In this document: in pieces, positions 16,955 through 23,316 of the stretch
Position numbering within the stretch: the stretch's first letter is position 1
Layout of the letters: each line of letters opens with the position of its first letter
Assembly (NCBI RefSeq): GCF_000981785.2
Contig: NZ_CP011304.1
Span: 2,910,001-2,942,000 of the forward strand
Direction of reading: 5' to 3'
Length of the DNA stretch: 32,000 nucleotides
Source: Microcystis aeruginosa NIES-2549
Lineage (GTDB): Bacteria > Cyanobacteriota > Cyanobacteriia > Cyanobacteriales > Microcystaceae
The notes under the pieces: model-generated
What the model was told of the DNA's origin: nothing
What the model saw: only the letters and a program-made list of their open reading frames with translations
The model's database searches: none
Position numbers and translations under genes: made by a program

Positions 16955-18160
16955 TCACCATAGTCTCCTCGGATTAGAGGGCTGTGGTGAAGGCTCCACG
17001 GTGGGCGCGGTGGTTGGCTGTGAGGGGGTTAGAGAAGGGGTATTTCCTCCCCCTAAGGATTCTTGGAGCTTGTCTCGCAGTTTTTTGGCGGTATCGGAGT
17101 CAGGATTAATTTTGAGAGCTTGTTCGTAGGCGGCCAGCGCCTCTTGGTGGCGTTTCCAGTAGGTCAAGAGCAGACCTTTCCCGTACCAAGCTTGATAGAG
17201 TTGAGCATCGAGTTGCAAGGCTTTTTCATAGGCGGCATAGGCGAGGGCTAATTGTCCTAACCGCCACATTTTATTGCCTTGATTAAGCCAGTTTAGGGGA
17301 TTAGTATCGTTCTTATTGGGAACTTCAAAAGCCTTGTATAATTCATCACCAATTTCTCGCAAAGATAAGGCATTGGGAGGCGAACTTTCGACATTTATCT
17401 GCCCTTGAATGCCAGACTGGGGTGCTAATTTCAAAAAAGTAGTGATGGGAATAGCGAGACTAAAGCCAATTGGCACGGGAACCTTTTCGATTTTTTCGGC
17501 TTCATTTTGTCCGTGAACTGCGATGACTCGTCCATTGATATCCAACACTGGACCGCCACTCATGCCCCCATAGGTGACACTGGTATAAACTATCTCATAC
17601 CCCAACTCCGGGGGAAATATTTTCAGCAAGGGTGTAATGTCCTTGGGTAGCACTTTCCCCACATTGAACAATCGTTTCCGCTTGCCGATAAATTTCGGGT
17701 CGGGCCATCCAGAAGCAAAAATAAATTGTTCGTCAGCTACTTGATAGTTACCCAAGGTCGCCAATTGATAATTTTGGTCGCTCTGAAACTGCACGAGGGC
17801 TAGATCTACTCCTGGTAATTTTTTGATGCTATTGTAATCGAGCGGATATTGCTTGCCATCCCAGGTAATAATTTTTAGTTGATCGTAATAGAACTTGCAG
17901 GCATCTCTAGCATCTTTACAGATTACATGACTAGCAGTAAGAACAGTATAAACCCTTCCTTCTTTGGCAATAATTGATCCAGAGCCATTAGCAGTAATTT
18001 TCCCATTCGCCCCCTCTTCTTCTGAGGGGATTAAAACGGTAATCTTTTCAGCAGTTTTTTCTATCTGCTCAGTTGTTGATGCCTTAGCAATCTGAGGAGA
18101 AACCACAAACACCGCTATACTAACTAGGGCGGCGGAAATTTTCAAGAAATTGTTGCTCAT
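16955..18160 (-). CDS. Secreted trypsin-like (S1) serine protease fused to C-terminal TPR repeats
   Basis: Signal peptide (ISAALVSIAVFVVSPQIAKA). Catalytic-triad contexts are VLTASHV (His), VDLALV (Asp) and GMSGGPVLD (Ser). TPR-like AYAAYEKALQLD, AWYGKGLLL and ALAAYEQALKINP precede a P/S/T-rich tail. Confidence 0.8.
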   Translation of the reverse strand: MSNNFLKISAALVSIAVFVVSPQIAKASTTEQIEKTAEKITVLIPSEEEGANGKITANGSGSIIAKEGRVYTVLTASHVICKDARDACKFYYDQLKIITWDGKQYPLDYNSIKKLPGVDLALVQFQSDQNYQLATLGNYQVADEQFIFASGWPDPKFIGKRKRLFNVGKVLPKDITPLLKIFPPELGYEIVYTSVTYGGMSGGPVLDINGRVIAVHGQNEAEKIEKVPVPIGFSLAIPITTFLKLAPQSGIQGQINVESSPPNALSLREIGDELYKAFEVPNKNDTNPLNWLNQGNKMWRLGQLALAYAAYEKALQLDAQLYQAWYGKGLLLTYWKRHQEALAAYEQALKINPDSDTAKKLRDKLQESLGGGNTPSLTPSQPTTAPTVEPSPQPSNPRRLW

Positions 18161-18188
18161 CTGGTTTAAAAATACAGTTGAGTGGAAT

Positions 18189-19094
18189 TTACCAGAGGGG
18201 TGTGGGAGCGGGATTCTTTTCTCTTGGGGTTGACGAGGATGGAGAAGGAAAATCTTCCGAGAAAGTGGGTTCTCTATGGGTGGGAAGCGATGGGGGTGAC
18301 ACTGCGGGCCGTTGCCGACTGGAAGCAGATGGAGAAGATGACCCCGATTTTAAAAAAGTCCCGATAGGAATCGCCCAACTTAATCGACTCATTTGTTCCC
18401 ACAGTGCTGGTGAAGTCACTGTTCCATCAGCAAAAACGTAGGATTTACCCCAGAGAGGATAAGCATGAATCCCGTTAATACCAATAACTTTACCTTGCCG
18501 ATTCAGCAGCGGTCCGCCACTCATGCCATTTTTAATCTTATTGGTATAGCCGATTTGGTAGCCCCCCGAAAAGGATTTATCACTCAAAAGCGACACTTTA
18601 CCAACGGTGAAGGTAAAATCAAAGGGATAGCCGGCGGCGAAAACTTCATCTCCGATAGTGAGATCATCGACATTAGCCAAATCAGCAATAGAATAAACTT
18701 GGCTACTGCGAAAAGAAACTAAGCCTAAATCATAATTATTCAAGCGAACTGTTCTGACCAACTCACCCCGATGTATCTTGCCGTCAGGGGTTTGTATTTG
18801 CCAAACCCGAGAGCGATACCGCCCTAAAACATGGTCATTCGTGAGGACTTTGTAGGAAGAACCCTGCTTTTCAACTAAAATGCCCGAACCCCAGCCTTGC
18901 CCTGATAACACTTTAACGGTAATTGCTCTGGCTAACTGAAGCAGCTGTTGTTCTGAAAGTTGTTGAGAGCTATAGGCATTGGCCCGGTTAGGTTCCAGAG
19001 CGGGAGCATAGCTTGGGACAGCAAGCAAAGGTGTGGACAGTCCCAATAATAAACCGCCCACACCAGCCAAAATTCTTTTTATCGCCCGACTCAC
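18189..19094 (-). CDS. Secreted trypsin-like (S1) serine protease
   Basis: GTG start and a signal peptide (ILAGVGGLLLGLSTPLLAVPSYA). Catalytic contexts are VLTNDHV, YDLGLV and GMSGGPLLN, followed by a P/S-rich C-terminal tail. Confidence 0.8.
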   Translation of the reverse strand: MSRAIKRILAGVGGLLLGLSTPLLAVPSYAPALEPNRANAYSSQQLSEQQLLQLARAITVKVLSGQGWGSGILVEKQGSSYKVLTNDHVLGRYRSRVWQIQTPDGKIHRGELVRTVRLNNYDLGLVSFRSSQVYSIADLANVDDLTIGDEVFAAGYPFDFTFTVGKVSLLSDKSFSGGYQIGYTNKIKNGMSGGPLLNRQGKVIGINGIHAYPLWGKSYVFADGTVTSPALWEQMSRLSWAIPIGTFLKSGSSSPSASSRQRPAVSPPSLPTHREPTFSEDFPSPSSSTPREKNPAPTPLW

Positions 19095-19110
19095 TTGATT
19101 ACTACGCTCC

Positions 19111-19211
19111 TATCTATAGAACTAGAAAAGTTTACCAAACAGCGGGCGTTGGGTTTCCTTGCGTCAACCCAACCTACCTTATCTATAGAACTAGAAAAGT
19201 TCACCAAGCAG
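19111..19211. repeat. Two 32 bp direct repeats (period 69 bp) flanking an 8 bp-stem hairpin
   Basis: TATCTATAGAACTAGAAAAGTTTACCAAACAG (19111-19142) and TATCTATAGAACTAGAAAAGTTCACCAAGCAG (19180-19211) differ at 2 positions. Between them lies GTTGGGTT-N10-AACCCAAC. Each repeat contains the palindrome TCTATAGA. Confidence 0.7.
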
Positions 19212-19824
19212 AACCGCCTGATGGTTTTTGGGGCGACTGTTCGGGGGAAGTCCCCGGCGCCGGAGAAGAGGACGAACCCGTAGCGGGATTTGTTTCCACG
19301 GGAACGCTTTCTAGGAATTTGCTGAAATCGATAGTGGCAGAATCCGATGAGCTTTCAAACAAAGGACTGCTGCTGGCTCCTTGCCGGAGGCCAAATAACT
19401 GCGCAAGTTTTTGCCTCGCATCATCTCCTCTCTTGAGGGTAAATAATAGGTTAGCACTATTAGCCCGTTCTCGCCCACTACTGGAGACATAGATGACTGG
19501 TTCACCATTCAGATAGCCCGTGTTAATATTACCAATTCCGCCTGGTCGAGAGTTCAGGCTATTGAATCTTCCAGTTACTTCTTCACACCGTCGCATGGGA
19601 GTGTAACCGGAACCACTAAAATAATCAGAAGACCAACGAATCACCGCTCTGTATTCATTAGGGCCGGATTGGACAAAAGTTGTGGGAACTCCCACATGGG
19701 GACCCGTCACTGGCACAAGACACTCGAATCTGGTTTGAGCTTGGCTCGGTGATTGTAAGGTCAAGGCAGCTCCTACACCAATCAGAGCAATGGTCAGAGT
19801 TTTTGTCAAAGTTTGTAGTTTCAT
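19201..19824 (-). CDS. COP23-domain-like secreted protein
   Basis: Start at ATG 19824 (MKLQTLTKTLTIALIGVGAALTLQSPSQAQ signal peptide). The mature part (TRFEC...GVPTT...AVIRWSSDYFSGSGYTPMRRCEEVTGRFN...GEPVIYV...LLFTLK) matches my recollection of the cyanobacterial COP23 family pattern. A P/S-rich tail follows. Confidence 0.6.
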   Translation of the reverse strand: MKLQTLTKTLTIALIGVGAALTLQSPSQAQTRFECLVPVTGPHVGVPTTFVQSGPNEYRAVIRWSSDYFSGSGYTPMRRCEEVTGRFNSLNSRPGGIGNINTGYLNGEPVIYVSSSGRERANSANLLFTLKRGDDARQKLAQLFGLRQGASSSPLFESSSDSATIDFSKFLESVPVETNPATGSSSSPAPGTSPEQSPQKPSGGSAW

Positions 19825-19984
19825 TGTTCTTATCCTAATCCTGCAAAGGGACTCCGTTGTACACTTCAAAGGTAGCTTTTATTTTTCCGCAAAACAAACA
19901 AAAGCAAGGCCTTTGCAACAATTCTTATTTTTTGGGATTACCCTTTCTTCAAACTCCTTTAAGAGAGCAATCAGATGAGTTCGT

Positions 19985-21073
19985 TTACCCCAAAGCAGAC
20001 CAAACTTCTAACTTACTGACCACGCGACGAATCACCTCATCGGTAAACTCACTCATGGTCATTTGTCCCCCTAAATCGGGGGTTTTTTTGCCCTCGTGAA
20101 TAGTTTCAAAGACACTTTCATAAATTGCCCGAGAAGCTTTGCGCGCCTCGCTAGTTTCGATATAACCTAACAAAGCTGCCGAGGCTAAAATCATCGCCAT
20201 GGGATTAGCGATATTTTTGCCCTCTAAAGCCGGGGCCGTGCCGTGGGGAGCTTCTGCCATAATAGTTTTAACCGCTAGGGTCTCCTCATCAAATCCCAAA
20301 ACTAAACTTTCGGCCCCGGCAATACTGCCATAGAGTTGCAAGACAAAATCGGATAATAAATCGCCATCGCGATTAAGTGCTGGAATCACCAAAGCTTCGC
20401 CGTCGGTTTGTAAAAGTAGGGCAAAAGTTGCATCAATTAACAGGGGTTGATAACGCACTTCCGGATGTCTTTGGGCTGCTGCGTCTAATTCCTCTTTAAA
20501 CATCCCTTCGTAGGTGGCACTAACGGTGAATTTTGGGCCGCCAAATACCCGCGCCCCGGTTTTTTTGGCCTGTTGAAAGGTAAACTCGGCCACAGCGCGA
20601 CTGGTAGCCCTAGAAATGCGCGAGGTGCGATAGGCAATTTCATCGCCGGTGGCGGTGGTTTCTCGCCATTCTTTGGCCCCGTAGGCATCATCAACGGCCA
20701 TGCGGACAATGGCAATGGGAGAATTAACGCCCCCAATCGGACGAATACCGGGGATACGGCGACCGATGCGGAGAATTACCTGAGAATTCATTGCTTCTCT
20801 TAAAATAGCGTTAGGACTGCCCACATCTCCTTTAATTTCTGGGGTAATAGTGGCAGCTTTGAGAGCTAATCCGGTTTTTAGAGTCGCTTCGGCGGCCTCG
20901 TGAACCACTTGATTGTTACTCTGGCGACGCTGGGCTAAACTAAGATCAAAATCGGCAAAGTTAAGCGGTTGACGAATTATCGAGGGTTGTAATACTCTCA
21001 GGGCTTCTAGTAATAGTTCTTCTCCAGTTTGGTCGCCGTGCATGACCACAATGGTGGGGATATTTTCCGTCAT
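19985..21073 (-). CDS. Isocitrate/isopropylmalate dehydrogenase family protein
   Basis: 362 aa with family blocks (GDQTGEE near the N-terminus, NRDGDLLSD, HGTAP, GKNIANPMAMILASAALL). The N-terminus differs from canonical LeuB, so no specific symbol is given. Confidence 0.85.
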   Translation of the reverse strand: MTENIPTIVVMHGDQTGEELLLEALRVLQPSIIRQPLNFADFDLSLAQRRQSNNQVVHEAAEATLKTGLALKAATITPEIKGDVGSPNAILREAMNSQVILRIGRRIPGIRPIGGVNSPIAIVRMAVDDAYGAKEWRETTATGDEIAYRTSRISRATSRAVAEFTFQQAKKTGARVFGGPKFTVSATYEGMFKEELDAAAQRHPEVRYQPLLIDATFALLLQTDGEALVIPALNRDGDLLSDFVLQLYGSIAGAESLVLGFDEETLAVKTIMAEAPHGTAPALEGKNIANPMAMILASAALLGYIETSEARKASRAIYESVFETIHEGKKTPDLGGQMTMSEFTDEVIRRVVSKLEVWSALG

Positions 21074-21349
21074 AATTTTTGAGTTTTAATAAAAATTTTC
21101 GAGTATATGTTAATGCTTAATTGGCTGGTTAATTGGCTAAAAAAGATACTTTTTACCTTAATTAATTCTGTAATTTTATCAATCTTGCAGAAAAAAATAT
21201 ATAATACCAAGTCTGGTTATTGAAAACTGATTATTTATTCTCCCTTTTGCATAAGTGCCTCTTGCATGAGTGCCTCTTGCCTTAAACCCTAATTAATATT
21301 ATGCCCGATCGCTAATTAAATTAGCAATCGGGCAGTGGTGAGAATTAAT

Positions 21350-21497
21350 GGCTCTCCCAGGTTTGGTGGGTAAAATGTATTCTAAGATACATTGCTCCTA
21401 GCGAGGGGGTGGAACGAACCACAAAGACACAAAGGACACAAAGATCGATCGATCATATTGTAAGTTAAACTCATCACACAGAACCTAGAAGAGCCAA
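21350..21497. repeat. MITE-like repeat, copy 1 (about 148 bp)
   Basis: About 90 percent identical by eye to 22582-22729 in the same orientation. Ends are GGCTCT...AGAGCC. The interior has GGTGGAACGAACCACAAAGACACAAAGGACACAAAGATCGATCGATC. Confidence 0.65.
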
Positions 21498-21513
21498 TTA
21501 ATTAACCCAAGAT

Positions 21514-21750
21514 TTAGAGAGCTTGTTCAACTTCGGCAATTTCGGGAATCTCTTCCCGGAGACGACGTTCGATGCCCATTTTTAGGGTCATGGTGGAACT
21601 GGGACAGGAACCGCAAGCGCCTTGAAGACGCACTTTGACGACTGGCCCGTCGATTTCGACTAATTCCACGTTACCACCATCGGACATCAGGTAGGGGCGC
21701 ATTTCATCTAAGACTTTTTCGACGTTATCGGGAGTCAGTGTTAAAGACAT
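21514..21750 (-). CDS. NifU-like (Nfu-type) Fe-S cluster scaffold/carrier protein
   Basis: 78 aa single NifU C-terminal domain with the CGSCPSS (CxxC) motif and the conserved LDE.RPYL..DGG.VELV context. Confidence 0.85.
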   Translation of the reverse strand: MSLTLTPDNVEKVLDEMRPYLMSDGGNVELVEIDGPVVKVRLQGACGSCPSSTMTLKMGIERRLREEIPEIAEVEQAL

Positions 21751-21823
21751 AATCAGCCTCTGGTCAGAGATTTATGAGAGTGTAGTTACTTCAATCCTAA
21801 CGCTTTTTGGGCGGGGATAACCC

Positions 21824-22471
21824 TTAAGATTCTAAAAGCTGTAGATTGATAAAAGTGAATTCTGTGGTGGATTTTTCGCCACCGACATCGATTGCGTTAA
21901 TCACTTGACAGGAGGGTAAATAATAATTACCGATTTTTTCGTAGGTTTCCTTAAAGTCACGTTTTCCCTTTAATTCATCGGTTTTAGCATTGCGGAAAAT
22001 GGCATTATAGCGAATAGAAATATAACCTTCTCCCGTATCGAGACTTTCCTCGGTATTAATAGTAAAAGCCATCGGTCCCATGACTCGACTGACTTGACAG
22101 ATTTCCTGGCCGCGGACCTTATAATTAGATCCCATCGCATCGCCGGTGACAAGAATTTCTACCGCACCGGTGGGATCATCTTGCCCGAAATTAAACTGGT
22201 TTTTGCCGTGGGAAGCCTCAAAATTGCCTCTTTTACGGTGAGTAACGATGTCGCGCATTTGATTATAAATACTTTCTTGCACTTTCTCGTCATCAATGCC
22301 CGTTACTTCCACACTATAATCGGCATTAACTTGAATTTTGCCCGTATGGACTTCCTCTCCTTGGGTGAGGATAATATCAGCAGTGTAACCGGGGAATCCT
22401 TCATCCCAAGTGTAACGGTTTTCGTAGGCGGAGCGGAAAATATCTCGGGCGTTCGTCGTGGCTACAGTCAT
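21824..22471 (-). CDS. DUF3386-like conserved cyanobacterial protein
   Basis: Start at ATG 22471 (MTVATTNARDIFRSAYENRYTWDEGFPGYTADI...), which matches my recollection of the DUF3386 N-terminal pattern. The 51 codons upstream in the listed ORF run into the MITE-like repeat and are unlikely to be coding. Confidence 0.6.
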   Translation of the reverse strand: MTVATTNARDIFRSAYENRYTWDEGFPGYTADIILTQGEEVHTGKIQVNADYSVEVTGIDDEKVQESIYNQMRDIVTHRKRGNFEASHGKNQFNFGQDDPTGAVEILVTGDAMGSNYKVRGQEICQVSRVMGPMAFTINTEESLDTGEGYISIRYNAIFRNAKTDELKGKRDFKETYEKIGNYYLPSCQVINAIDVGGEKSTTEFTFINLQLLES

Positions 22472-22581
22472 AATCGCTTTACTTGTGTTGATAACTCCAT
22501 TTATATCATTGTCGCTGATTTTTTCGGCTCTGGCCGAGATTTCTAGAAAACTAGATGAATTTGACAACTTAGGGAAAAGTC

Positions 22582-22729
22582 GGCTCTCCCAGCTTTGGTG
22601 GGTAAAATGTATTCTAAGATACATTTCTCAAGAGCGAGGGGGTGGAACGAACCACAAAGACACAAAGGACACAAAGATCGATCGATCCTATGTCAATTAA
22701 ACTTATCACACAGAACCTAGAAGAGCCAA
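22582..22729. repeat. MITE-like repeat, copy 2 (about 148 bp)
   Basis: Direct-orientation copy of 21350-21497, with the same GGCTCT/AGAGCC ends and the same internal motifs. Confidence 0.65.
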
Positions 22730-22811
22730 AAGTCAGTTAGAATGGGTCAATGACCCGTCCCTTGCTCGATTGCCATAAATCTAAATAAGCAAAAAATAAA
22801 CATGAGCAATT

Positions 22812-23048
22812 ATGACAAAATTAAGTCCAAAAGTTACCGCAATTATTCGTTCTGGTGAACAACAAGGATATGTAGGTGAATGCGTGGAAATTTCGATTGT
22901 CACCCAGGGAAATACCTTAGATGAGGTGGTTAATAATCTCCAAGAAGCCATTTTACTGCATTTAGAGGGAGAAGACCCCAGGGAGTTCGGTCTAGTTGCC
23001 CAACCTTTTCTACAGATTATATTTGAGTTACAGCCAGAATATGCCTAA
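22812..23048 (+). CDS. hicB: HicB family antitoxin (type II TA system)
   Basis: 78 aa. The short HicB/UPF0150-like pattern (GYVGECVE..IVTQG.TLDE...NL.EAI.LHLE) is present. The stop overlaps the ATG of a hicA-like reading frame (ATGCCTAA). Confidence 0.7.
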   Translation: MTKLSPKVTAIIRSGEQQGYVGECVEISIVTQGNTLDEVVNNLQEAILLHLEGEDPREFGLVAQPFLQIIFELQPEYA

Positions 23049-23094
23049 GCTGAAACAACTATCCGGCAAAGACATTATGCTGTTCTTAATTTAA
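23041..23094 (+). pseudogene. hicA: Truncated hicA toxin remnant (17 codons)
   Basis: MPKLKQLSGKDI matches the conserved HicA N-terminus (MPKL...SGKE). The frame then stops after 17 codons, immediately before a repeat-rich insertion. Confidence 0.5.
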
Positions 23095-23123
23095 ATTGCT
23101 TGTTGAGACGAGGTAAGAGGCAA

Positions 23124-23232
23124 CCCCCCTCCGACATTGGGGTAGGGTTGATTCATGAATCAACCCTACTATTAATCAACCCTACTATTAATCAACCCTA
23201 CTATTAATCAACCCTACCAACATCGGGGGGGT
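23124..23232. repeat. Repeat-rich insertion: outer imperfect inverted repeats, a central palindrome and a 16 bp tandem repeat (3.6 copies)
   Basis: CCCCCCTCCGACATTGGGGTAGGG ... CCCTACCAACATCGGGGGGG are the outer arms. The palindrome is GGGTAGGGTTGATTCATGAATCAACCCTAC. The unit CAACCCTACTATTAAT is repeated at 23161, 23177 and 23193, with a partial copy at 23209. Confidence 0.65.
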
Positions 23233-23316
23233 TTAAGGATAGGCGGTTAAGATACGTCTTAGCTGATCAAAAAATCGGGCTAAAATAGAAAAAACTCACC
23301 CTCAGCGATCACGGCG

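Noticed and set aside
19013-19492. 159 aa and 62 aa plus-strand ORFs spanning the protease start, the repeat region and the COP23-like gene
   Set aside because: They are antisense to two well-supported genes and cross an intergenic repeat. Their sequence is Arg/Pro-rich and low in information.
19825-19869. 15-codon extension upstream of the COP23-like signal peptide
   Set aside because: MKLQTL... at 19824 gives a canonical signal peptide. The extension (MKCTTESLCRIRIRT) would bury it.
21303-21333. 13 of 14 bp hairpin GCCCGATCGCTAAT-TAA-ATTAGCAATCGGGC as a terminator of the NifU-like gene
   Set aside because: No T tract follows on either strand, and the MITE-like copy separates it from the gene. 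I kept it only as a note under the MITE finding.
22094-22546. 150 aa plus-strand ORF antisense to the DUF3386-like gene
   Set aside because: It is fully contained in a better-supported gene on the opposite strand. The same reasoning applies to the other antisense ORFs in the track: 956-1180, 3637-3894, 4095-4295, 4692-4898, 7442-7645, 8111-8344, 9256-9495, 9866-10054, 15043-15512, 16282-16464, 17063-17251, 18178-18722, 19311-19508, 19790-20099, 20485-20803, 21970-22152, 22458-22700, 23538-24272, 24508-25047, 25268-25483, 26074-26268, 28587-29176.
22472-22624. 51-codon N-terminal extension of the DUF3386-like ORF
   Set aside because: The extension starts inside the MITE-like repeat copy 2 and has no homologous-looking sequence. 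The conserved N-terminus starts at ATG 22471.
23161-23218. Possible CRISPR array (regularly spaced CAACCCTAC motifs)
   Set aside because: The units are contiguous 16 bp tandem repeats with no spacers. Only 3.6 copies are present and there are no cas genes nearby.
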